Virus genome (UHGV): UHGV-0216281
Source: a virus
Direction: 5' to 3' (one strand)
Length of the DNA stretch: 10,084 bases
Below, piece after piece: positions 1-6,560 of the stretch (positions are counted from its first letter, which is position 1; each line of letters begins with the position of its first letter). The position numbers and the translations under genes are program-made. The notes under the pieces are model-generated. The model was not told the DNA's origin. It ran no database searches and worked only from the letters and a program-made list of their open reading frames with translations.

Positions 1-108
1 ACCCCCTTTTGATTTCTTGTTTGACACTTGCAGTTGCCAGACCGCAAGGTGTTTTAACAAATCAAAAGGGGTTTGAATAACTGGCTCAAAGCTGAAAGCT
101 TTCCGGAA

Positions 109-131
109 CCCCCAGCCTAGCTGGGGGTTTT
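109..131 (+). terminator. Intrinsic terminator-like hairpin on the plus strand (cccccagc-cta-gctggggg followed by tttt)
   Basis: 8-bp GC-rich perfect stem at 109-116/120-127 with a 3-nt loop, followed by TTTT at 128-131. No plus-strand ORF lies upstream inside the window, so the transcript it would terminate is unknown. Confidence 0.4.
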
Positions 132-140
132 CTGTGCACA

Positions 141-165
141 ATAAAAACCCGCTCAACAGCGGGTT
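141..165 (-). terminator. Intrinsic terminator for minus-strand transcription, tR'-like, about 60 nt downstream of the pR'-like start
   Basis: On the minus strand: stem aacccgct / agcgggtt (8 bp, 4-nt loop) followed by TTTTTATT. The A-run sits 5' of the hairpin on the plus strand, so it is unidirectional for minus-strand transcripts. Confidence 0.55.
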
Positions 166-196
166 CGTGAAAATTATCAACGGCAGACATACAAAG

Positions 197-240
197 CCCA
201 TCGTTGAGAAAATCTTATCCATATTTTTTGAAAAATGCAA
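197..240 (-). promoter_or_regulatory. pR'-like late promoter with a lambda-type promoter-proximal pause element (candidate qut region)
   Basis: Minus strand reads TTGCAT (-35, 240..235), a 17-nt spacer, TAAGAT (-10, 217..212), 6 nt, then CAACGATGGG (206..197). As I recall it, lambda pR' has the same layout (TAAATT, 6 nt, CAACGATGGG), with AACGAT acting as the -10-like sigma70 pause element. It lies immediately downstream of the Q-like gene. Confidence 0.5.
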
Positions 241-271
241 GCTTCATGTCGCCATCTTCGGCGAAAATCAC

Positions 272-1030
272 TTATCTCGTCACCTTTCTCAATTGTGTTT
301 CAGCATATGCTTCTTCCTGCCAGCACTTTGTTACCAGTTTATCAATGACGTCTGCATATCCTTTGTACCACTGATAATCAGTCAGGTCTGGAACCAGCTT
401 CTGGACATGACGTCGTGCCAGTGTAGTTGGTAAACGGCTAAACCGGTTTCCATTGCAACGCCCACAAATCTTATAAACAGGCGTGCCATGAAGCCGGGTC
501 CTTTTTTCATCCAGGACAATACCTTTACCCTTACACCCTCTGCACGCTGTGCTGACTTCTCCCTTACCATGACAATGCTGGCATAGTTCCTTCACCCACT
601 CTTCCTTGATAACAGATTCCCCGCTTCTGGAGTGTTTCACCACCTCGCGCAATACATTATGAAATCCAGTACCAGCACAATGCTCACAGCGAGCCTTACT
701 TGCCGCAGACCTGGAATAATCAGCAAAGGCAAAATTCACAAGGTAAGGAATGATCTGTAGCCGGGTTTCTTCACTCAATTTATTCAATGTCGGGTTATCC
801 AGTGCCATCGCGTAATTGAGCAGACCTTCAATCGCAAACTGAGGATCCTGAACACCAACTTTTGCCAGGAATAAGGCAAACCCAAGCGGTGCTTTCGACT
901 GCACCATCCCCTGCGCAGCCATCACATCCGTAATCGTTAAACCACCAGAGCCTGTCGCCGGTGCGTCATCGCTCAGTTTTGGAGATTTCGGGGAGTAATA
1001 TTTCGGTAAGGCTTCAAGGTTCATGCTCAT
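272..1030 (-). CDS. Late-gene antitermination protein Q-like (QuuQ-like), with four CxxC motifs of DnaJ-type zinc-finger pattern
   Basis: ORF of 252 aa. A GGAGA Shine-Dalgarno abuts the first ATG, so the second ATG at 1024 (250 aa) is the more likely start. Contains CEHCAGTG, CQHCHGKG, CRGCKGKG and CGRCNGNR (CxxCxGxG-like repeats). It is the last gene of the operon and sits directly upstream of a pR'-like promoter, pause element and terminator. The family assignment is from memory of Qin-type Q proteins and is not verified. Confidence 0.65.
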   Translation of the reverse strand: MSMNLEALPKYYSPKSPKLSDDAPATGSGGLTITDVMAAQGMVQSKAPLGFALFLAKVGVQDPQFAIEGLLNYAMALDNPTLNKLSEETRLQIIPYLVNFAFADYSRSAASKARCEHCAGTGFHNVLREVVKHSRSGESVIKEEWVKELCQHCHGKGEVSTACRGCKGKGIVLDEKRTRLHGTPVYKICGRCNGNRFSRLPTTLARRHVQKLVPDLTDYQWYKGYADVIDKLVTKCWQEEAYAETQLRKVTR

Positions 1031-1037
1031 TCTCCAC

Positions 1038-2033
1038 TTACGCCAGTACGCCTATTGCCAGCGCACGATCGATAAAACGAAATATCAGCTCCAGCTGGGA
1101 ACCATACTTCTCTTCAAATGCCACGGTATCCGCATGCAGCTCGTCGTGATGCTTTCTGCACAAAGGCAACACAAAGAGGTCATGCGCTTTTGTACCCATT
1201 CCCCCCTGACCGTGGCCTATCAGGTGGTGGGGATCATCAGCAGCCTTTCCACAACATGCACACGGCTGTGTCTTAACCCAGCGTGTGTACTTTTCATTAA
1301 CCCAGCGGCGACGTTTTGGGCGTAACATAAAAGACTCCGGCGACTCCGGATCCACTTTCAGCGCCAGCACCTTTTTCGCCTTATCCTGGATGATGCTGGT
1401 GGCAGGAACCGAAGGCACAAGGTCACTTTCCCGGGTGACAGACGGCACAACAGGCTTCGGTAATCTCAGTGCCTTACGGGCTGCACTTTCCGGTAAGGCA
1501 TCCGCCAGGTCATTACGAATCAGCCACCAGCACAGTTCCGGCATTGTCACAACGTGACTATCATCAAAACCGAGATCCCGACGCACAACAGACAACACCC
1601 AGCGGGCACAGTTATCCGTTGCCATTGATTCCAGCCGTTCCGTGAACTGATCGCGCAGCTGGTTATCGCAGTGCCAGCACAGACGGATTGCGCCCGGCGC
1701 GTGTCGCATTGTTGTCATGTTCTCGCTGTGCCAGTCGGAATGAGGCCACTGGCAGCCTTTTTCACGAAGTAACCAGCTTTCAAGACATTCCACGCCACCA
1801 GCACGACGGATCACTGCCTCATTGCGGAACACGGCCCGAACGTCAGGATCATCCGCCAGCGGTTGTGATGCCGCCGGAACAGCACCACTGGCGAAAGATG
1901 AATAACGTTCCGGCTCAGGCTCCAGCAGGACACGCCCCTGCATAAACAGGGGCATCAGCTCTGAACCTGGTCTGAACAATACGATCCCCATACGCGGGGC
2001 AATTTCAGGGGTCAGTAGTGCTCTCACGGTCAC
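1038..2033 (-). CDS. DUF968/YdfU-like prophage protein with a C-terminal Cys/His cluster (possible HNH-like zinc-binding module)
   Basis: ORF of 331 aa from a GTG at 2033; alternative starts are GTG 2027 and ATG 1991. The C-terminus carries CACCG...HHLIGHGQGG...CRKHHDELH. It sits immediately upstream of Q, as ydfU sits upstream of quuQ in the Qin prophage. The start codon is uncertain. Confidence 0.55.
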   Translation of the reverse strand: MTVRALLTPEIAPRMGIVLFRPGSELMPLFMQGRVLLEPEPERYSSFASGAVPAASQPLADDPDVRAVFRNEAVIRRAGGVECLESWLLREKGCQWPHSDWHSENMTTMRHAPGAIRLCWHCDNQLRDQFTERLESMATDNCARWVLSVVRRDLGFDDSHVVTMPELCWWLIRNDLADALPESAARKALRLPKPVVPSVTRESDLVPSVPATSIIQDKAKKVLALKVDPESPESFMLRPKRRRWVNEKYTRWVKTQPCACCGKAADDPHHLIGHGQGGMGTKAHDLFVLPLCRKHHDELHADTVAFEEKYGSQLELIFRFIDRALAIGVLA

Positions 2034-2034
2034 C

Positions 2035-2844
2035 TCAATGAACGGTATCGAGCAGCTTTAACAGCTCAGGGAATCGGGATTCGAAGAAATGCGGCTGCGT
2101 CTCACGCGGATTTGCGGGACTGGTGATGTTCTTGCCGAACATGCAGCCTTTCGCCGTCAGCGACCAGAATTTTTTGATGTTGTTAATCGCGGTACGGCTG
2201 TATCGTTCGCGCTGCTCGACGATCCCCAGTTTCACCATCTGGTGATATGCCTGATTAGCCGTCAGGCGGATACCATACTGCTTCAGCAGTGCACTCAGTG
2301 ACAGCGTGGGGCGGCTTGAGCCATCAGGCGCGTCAGCAGGAGCATCAATGGCATAGCGCGGTGCCAGATTCGGTAAGCCAACAGCCTCCTGGAGTTTCTG
2401 ACAGGCACCAAGCACTGAAGAGTTAGACAGGTTTAACTCCCGGCGCATAAAGTCCAGCAGGATCACGCCAGCCTGCATCTTGTCAGCAGCCTGCCCGGAT
2501 AATTTTTCCGGTGCGCTGGTTACCATATCGAAAGTACGGATCACCTTCAGATGGAATGACGGGCTGATCCACATTGCATAGGCATACACCAGTTCTTTGC
2601 AGACATACGTCCCCTGGTTATTTCCGCCATTAATGACGCTAACTGGTTGATTTTGTTCCAGAGGCGGAATTCCACCCTCGGTGAAAAGTTGTTCAATCAA
2701 TTCACAGGTTTGCTTATTGGAGAGCCAGTATTTCGGGCGGTTTTTTTGTTCTCCCCCGGCTGCCCTGTGCAGATCGTTCAGGCTGTAACGCCCATAAGCA
2801 TCACGACGAACTTCAATACCATCAATAACCATCAGATTATTCAT
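2035..2844 (-). CDS. KilA-N domain protein (antirepressor-like)
   Basis: ORF of 269 aa with an ATG start and a strong RBS (GAGGAGA, 8-nt spacer). The N-terminus MNNLMVIDGIEVRRDAYGRYSLNDLHRAAGG matches the KilA-N DNA-binding domain pattern. The stop lies 1 nt from the next gene. Confidence 0.7.
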   Translation of the reverse strand: MNNLMVIDGIEVRRDAYGRYSLNDLHRAAGGEQKNRPKYWLSNKQTCELIEQLFTEGGIPPLEQNQPVSVINGGNNQGTYVCKELVYAYAMWISPSFHLKVIRTFDMVTSAPEKLSGQAADKMQAGVILLDFMRRELNLSNSSVLGACQKLQEAVGLPNLAPRYAIDAPADAPDGSSRPTLSLSALLKQYGIRLTANQAYHQMVKLGIVEQRERYSRTAINNIKKFWSLTAKGCMFGKNITSPANPRETQPHFFESRFPELLKLLDTVH

Positions 2845-2863
2845 ACTTCGTTTCTCCTCTTAA

Positions 2864-3253
2864 TCAGGCGGCTGCACCCGCCGGTTTCTCATACTTACTG
2901 ATAGTGATCTCGACCTTCCCTTTCGGGATAACCGGTCCCCACTCCACCAGCATTCTTTTCACCTGTCTGTCGTCTTCCCACACACCCGCGTGGGTCAGGG
3001 CGTCAAACAGCGCCTTGTTATAGTTGTCCAGATCGCGGATCCGGTTATCCGGAGGAAACAACACGATCTCCACTGAAGCAGGTGCCGACGTTGGTTTTGG
3101 CAGACGACGTAACTGCTCAACTATTGCTGCGCACGCCGCGCTCTGAAATTTTCGCCCCGCCGCGCTTATCAGGCTCTTACCAGCAAATGCCCCTTTGTTG
3201 GGGTGTCGCCAGTAGGTGTTCACGCTGGGCGGGAAAGGCAGGATCAGCTTCAT
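2864..3253 (-). CDS. rusA: Holliday junction resolvase RusA (crossover junction endodeoxyribonuclease)
   Basis: 129 aa. PPDNRIRDLDNYNKALFDALTHAGVWEDDRQV corresponds to the RusA catalytic region (RRDLDN...FDALT...DD) as I recall it. The ATG overlaps the upstream stop in an ATGA junction. Confidence 0.88.
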   Translation of the reverse strand: MKLILPFPPSVNTYWRHPNKGAFAGKSLISAAGRKFQSAACAAIVEQLRRLPKPTSAPASVEIVLFPPDNRIRDLDNYNKALFDALTHAGVWEDDRQVKRMLVEWGPVIPKGKVEITISKYEKPAGAAA

Positions 3254-3576
3254 ACTTTCAGGCCCCTCTCATGTAACCAGTGGGCTGCACGCAGCCTGGC
3301 GTTTTCCTCACCGACAAGCAGTGAGCGGATAATCCCGACCGCCTCGCTGTCGTCGTCCTTCACCGCGGTATGAAGCGTGATCCCCCGGGCCACACCACGC
3401 TTTATCGTGATGACGCCTTTTTTCTCCAGTGCGCGAAGATGCTCCACCGCTGCATTCACCGAACGGTATCCCAGCATGGTTGCCACTTCCTGATTGGTTG
3501 GCGGGAAGCCACGCTCTTTCTGATAAGAAATCAGCATATCCAGCACCTGCTGCTGGCATTGAGTTAACGTCGTCAT
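3250..3576 (-). CDS. LexA N-terminal DNA-binding-domain protein lacking the S24 peptidase domain
   Basis: 108 aa. Residues 3-70 (LTQCQQQVLDMLISYQKERGFPPTNQEVATMLGYRSVNAAVEHLRALEKKGVITIKRGVARGITL) align closely with the E. coli LexA N-terminus ([65 protein letters not shown]). No Ser/Lys dyad region follows. ATGA overlaps occur on both sides. Confidence 0.8.
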   Translation of the reverse strand: MTTLTQCQQQVLDMLISYQKERGFPPTNQEVATMLGYRSVNAAVEHLRALEKKGVITIKRGVARGITLHTAVKDDDSEAVGIIRSLLVGEENARLRAAHWLHERGLKV

Positions 3577-4226
3577 GCCGCCATCTCCCTGACCAGCTTT
3601 TCCGCCTGCAGGCGAACCTGCGCCAGAAACGCCTCACCACATGCCTCAAGTTCATCGCGCCCGATGTAGCTGATTGCCGGTCCCTTCCAGGTCTTGTCGA
3701 AAACAGCAATAGCACCAGCGAAGAAAGCGCCTGTCGGCACCTGCTTCTCATCCTTCGGGATAAACCAGGCAGGCAGTTCAAAACCAATACGCCCGCGAAT
3801 AAAAGCAATATGATCTGCATCTTCCGGCCACCACACTTCGCTGGTGGCAGCTTTGATCAGGAAAACATAGCGCCCGCCCTTATCACGCATGGCACTGGCA
3901 TGCTTCATGATGTAACGCATGCCGGTGATGTATTGCCCCTCATGCTGACTGGCGCGGCTGTATGGGGGATTTCCAAAGGCAGCACCTTTAAGCTCCGCAA
4001 GGCGTTCTGACCAGTCATGCGCCAGCGCGTTGTCTTCCGCCGTGTAATACGCAGCACATTTGGCGTTATCACCGTCAGTGAACAGATCCAGAACAAACGG
4101 ACCAAACAGGGTGTTAATTCCCCAGAAAATGTTGTCCGGCGTGCGCCACTGATCGCCCACTTCCTTCAGTTCATGGGCTGGTTTGTTCCGCAGTTCCACC
4201 AGCTCCTGGCAATATTTATTACTCAT
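3573..4226 (-). CDS. Phage Dam-family DNA N6-adenine methyltransferase
   Basis: Contains the motif IV sequence GNPPYS (NPPY). The ORF track starts at a GTG at 4259 (228 aa), but the ATG at 4226 overlaps the upstream stop as TAATG, which suggests a coupled start giving a 217-aa product. It occupies the position of the yfdM-like methylase in CPS-53-type prophages. Confidence 0.85.
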   Translation of the reverse strand: MSNKYCQELVELRNKPAHELKEVGDQWRTPDNIFWGINTLFGPFVLDLFTDGDNAKCAAYYTAEDNALAHDWSERLAELKGAAFGNPPYSRASQHEGQYITGMRYIMKHASAMRDKGGRYVFLIKAATSEVWWPEDADHIAFIRGRIGFELPAWFIPKDEKQVPTGAFFAGAIAVFDKTWKGPAISYIGRDELEACGEAFLAQVRLQAEKLVREMAA

Positions 4227-4714
4227 TAAGCCCCCACGTAATTCCCTGACAGATACCACTCTTCACCTGATGCAGCCCGCTTACTGCTTTTCCGTAAACA
4301 CCGTTCACGACGCGCCAGAAAATTGTTTCGTTCTGGCTGGGAGTAGCTTTCACGGAATGCCGCCATCCACACCGTTGCAGCACGACGGTATAAGCCCCTG
4401 GACTCCAGTTCTTCCGCCTGGCGGGTCAGGCACAAAATCACCCGGGGATCGTTAGTGCCGACATAGAAATTGCGCACAGGTCTGGTTTCACGAACTGGTT
4501 GTGGTTCCGGCTCCTGCGCTCTCTCAGTCAGGCGTGGGAAATGTCTGCGTGTATCTCCTTCACAACGGTGAGCCACACGCCCACTCTGACGTAACTTGCT
4601 TGCTGACTGCAGAACGCGCTGCCGTGAGTAACCTGCAAAAGCATCCGCAATGTCTCCGGAAGTACAGCCCGGATGGGCTTCAATGAATTTCTGAACGTCA
4701 TTCAAAAGACTCAT
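4226..4714 (-). CDS. YfdN-like protein, possibly PerC-family (C-terminal EELESRGLYRRAATVWMAAF motif)
   Basis: The ORF track gives a GTG at 4720; the ATG at 4714 with a GGGGG RBS is the more likely start (162 aa). It is coupled to the replication gene stop. The PerC-like C-terminal motif is recalled from memory, so the family assignment is tentative. Confidence 0.55.
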   Translation of the reverse strand: MSLLNDVQKFIEAHPGCTSGDIADAFAGYSRQRVLQSASKLRQSGRVAHRCEGDTRRHFPRLTERAQEPEPQPVRETRPVRNFYVGTNDPRVILCLTRQAEELESRGLYRRAATVWMAAFRESYSQPERNNFLARRERCLRKSSKRAASGEEWYLSGNYVGA

Positions 4715-4716
4715 GA

Positions 4717-5658
4717 TCACCCCCTGAATCCTGCCGGGATCTGGCTGTAGTCCACGTTGTCGTAACTGGCTTTGAAGTACGGGTCTTCGCGTTTTTCGGT
4801 GTACGTGCTGACGGACGGCGATAAGCGCAGGGAAAGCTCATCCCATTTTTCCCGCAACTTCGACGGGCTGAGCACGTTACGGCACCAGAACGGATCGCGG
4901 CTGACGCGGCTGTACATCTCGCAGATTTGTTTGTGAGTACGACCATCCTGCACACACATCAGGCGAATTTCGTTTGCCCATGCTGTCCAGTTAGGTTCTT
5001 TGGGACGAACCACCTCGCCGTCACATTCGGCGGCCTGCTCGTACAGGGCGATGATTTTTTTCCAGAGCCACTGTGCGCAGGTCAAATCATCCTGCGTCCC
5101 CCACTGGCGCTTTTTAGGGCTGAATACAACCGCATCAGGATGGCGAGTTAAAAAATCCTGTTCATCCGTCTGCGTGTCCGGTTGCGAAGCGTCCGGACGA
5201 GAAGGTTTTTTATCTGACGGATCATGTTTTGATTTTACTGACGGATCCCCGCCAGATTCTGACGGGTGAAAACCCGCTTTTTTGCCAGATTTCGACGCAT
5301 CAAATTTTGACGGGTCAGATTTTGATGCGTCAGATTTTGACGGGTCAGAATCTGACAGTTGAGAAAATGCCGCTGCCTGAAGCTTCGCAACGTTAAGCTG
5401 ATAAACATTCGACGCATTGCGGTTACCCTGGCGACGCGCCTTACGCGTTAACCAGCCTTCTGCTTCCAGCCGTGCGATAGCCGTTCTGACGGTACTCATC
5501 CCCGCGCCAATCTGACGGGCAATAGTTTCAATTGATGGCCAGCACACACCTTCGTCATTACTGAAATCAGCCAGGCGGGCCATAATTGCCACGCTGGATA
5601 ATTTCATGCCTGACGCAGCGCAACCATCCCATACATAGCCGGTTAATTTAGTGCTCAT
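4717..5658 (-). CDS. Replication initiation protein, lambda O-like (N-terminal winged-helix/HTH, repeat linker, C-terminal domain)
   Basis: 313 aa. The N-terminus SSVAIMARLADFSNDEGVCWPSIETIARQIGAGMSTVRTAIARLEAEGWLTR is typical of phage and plasmid replication initiator HTH domains. The central low-complexity linker SDPSKSDASKSDPSKFDASKS is encoded by DNA tandem repeats. It sits in the O position after cro and cII. Confidence 0.8.
   Translation of the reverse strand: MSTKLTGYVWDGCAASGMKLSSVAIMARLADFSNDEGVCWPSIETIARQIGAGMSTVRTAIARLEAEGWLTRKARRQGNRNASNVYQLNVAKLQAAAFSQLSDSDPSKSDASKSDPSKFDASKSGKKAGFHPSESGGDPSVKSKHDPSDKKPSRPDASQPDTQTDEQDFLTRHPDAVVFSPKKRQWGTQDDLTCAQWLWKKIIALYEQAAECDGEVVRPKEPNWTAWANEIRLMCVQDGRTHKQICEMYSRVSRDPFWCRNVLSPSKLREKWDELSLRLSPSVSTYTEKREDPYFKASYDNVDYSQIPAGFRG
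5254..5358. repeat. Tandem 15-bp direct repeats (consensus AGATTTTGACGGGTC) inside the O-like gene; candidate origin iterons
   Basis: Units at 5254-5268, 5287-5301, 5302-5316, 5317-5331 and 5332-5346 (the last is a perfect match to the consensus), with a partial unit at 5347-5358 and a degenerate copy at 5231-5247. Four units are contiguous. This parallels the lambda ori iterons embedded in the O gene. Confidence 0.55.
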
Positions 5659-5827
5659 GACCGACCTCTATTTCCCTGAATTTACGACGAAACTGTTCGA
5701 GCGGGCTAAAGCACTCATGCTCATAGCCTTCACGGAGGTAGATAACCCGTTGTGTTTCCGGCTCCCAACGAATGACTCTGACGGGCACTCCGTAGTGATC
5801 TTTGAACCAGCGGTTAACTTGTCGCAA
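5648..5827 (-). CDS. Small hypothetical protein (about 60 aa, TTG start) in the alternative frame
   Basis: The frame is open from 5869; a TTG at 5827 is preceded by GGAGA with a 7-nt spacer. The product [59 protein letters not shown] has a globular-looking composition. It overlaps the 112-aa ORF by about 160 nt and the O start by 11 nt. Confidence 0.3.
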   Translation of the reverse strand: MRQVNRWFKDHYGVPVRVIRWEPETQRVIYLREGYEHECFSPLEQFRRKFREIEVGHEH

Positions 5828-6006
5828 AGGACTGTCTCCTTCTGCCGGTTGAAATCCCCCACAGCCCACTCAGCAAAGCTGTGGGTTACAATTTCCCTGT
5901 CACCTGGTACATTTACTGCATAGCAATACTCCACCTTCGCTTTTCCACCCGGTACAGGAAGCGCAATCAGTTGCGAGCGACGGTAGTGTGTTGTTAAACT
6001 GTTCAT
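5668..6006 (-). CDS. Hypothetical protein (112-aa ORF), translationally coupled to the cII-like gene
   Basis: The ATG at 6006 overlaps the upstream stop in an ATGA junction, with a GGAGA RBS 9 nt upstream. The N-terminal half looks protein-like; the C-terminal half is Ser-rich and low in complexity. It conflicts with the 5648..5827 frame. Confidence 0.4.
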   Translation of the reverse strand: MNSLTTHYRRSQLIALPVPGGKAKVEYCYAVNVPGDREIVTHSFAEWAVGDFNRQKETVLCDKLTAGSKITTECPSESFVGSRKHNGLSTSVKAMSMSALARSNSFVVNSGK

Positions 6007-6560
6007 GCGTTAGTTTCTCCACAACCAGAAGCAATCGACGCCACGACGCCCGGAGCTGCACACTCGCGGGCGTCATTACTTTCTGAAACGCAAAAAATTT
6101 TGTAGACAAGTGCTGCATGCTCCTGCAGCTTCGAAATTGAGAGGTACAGCTCGTCGTTAATTGCTGTCTTCTCATGCGGTTCCACTACACCGTCTTCGAT
6201 TGCCGAACGAATCTGTTTTGAATAACTGCCGATCTGTTCAATGACTTCCAGTAAACGCTGGTTAATATCGGCATTGTCCACATCCTCGACGTCAGGAAGA
6301 GACACAAAGACGCCATTTGCAGACTGCGCCACAGCGTCAGCAATGAAGTGAGTGCCACCAGCACGTTGTAAAATCATTGCCCATCCCAGCGGGAAAATCT
6401 GATCGCCATCGGCACGAAGGCGGTTAAATAATGCGTTCTCTGTTACATCCAGCCACTCAGCAGCTTCAGCGTAACCCCCCGGCAACGCCGCGATAGTTTT
6501 TCTGACAGCTTTCACGTACCACTCAGGCTGTTTTTCCACTTTCCAGTGATGATTACCCAC
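6003..6560 (-). CDS. cII-position regulator (YdaT/CP76-like)
   Basis: 185 aa from a GTG start with a perfect AGGAGG RBS and 6-nt spacer. It overlaps the cro-like stop by 8 nt. It sits directly after cro, as ydaT follows ydaS in the Rac prophage. The family assignment rests on position and recollection. Confidence 0.55.
   Translation of the reverse strand: MGNHHWKVEKQPEWYVKAVRKTIAALPGGYAEAAEWLDVTENALFNRLRADGDQIFPLGWAMILQRAGGTHFIADAVAQSANGVFVSLPDVEDVDNADINQRLLEVIEQIGSYSKQIRSAIEDGVVEPHEKTAINDELYLSISKLQEHAALVYKIFCVSESNDARECAAPGVVASIASGCGETNA

Noticed and set aside
134-433. 99-aa plus-strand ORF spanning the late promoter region and the 3' end of the Q-like gene
   Set aside because: It overlaps the terminator and promoter elements and runs antisense to Q. 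Its composition is low-complexity and it has no RBS. It is most likely a chance ORF.
3308-3820. 170-aa minus-strand ORF, Arg- and Ser-rich
   Set aside because: It lies in an alternative frame across the LexA-like and methylase genes. Its composition is highly biased (R, G, S, C), typical of an off-frame read of GC-rich coding sequence.
3429-4010. 193-aa plus-strand ORF antisense to the methyltransferase gene
   Set aside because: It is fully contained antisense to a gene with a clear NPPY motif and coupled starts. It has no RBS and no recognisable motif.
4698-4955. 85-aa minus-strand ORF overlapping the 3' end of the replication gene
   Set aside because: It is an alternative frame of the O-like gene with a basic, low-complexity product. 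The coupled stop/start junction at 4712-4719 already accounts for this region.
5140-5230. AT-rich DNA-unwinding element next to the iterons
   Set aside because: The flanks of the repeat array are not noticeably AT-rich, so I could not support a lambda-style unwinding element. The origin call therefore rests on the iterons alone.
5235-5417. 60-aa minus-strand ORF with the repetitive peptide QNLTHQNLTRQNL
   Set aside because: It is an off-frame translation of the iteron array. The repetitiveness comes from the DNA repeats and is not evidence of a protein.
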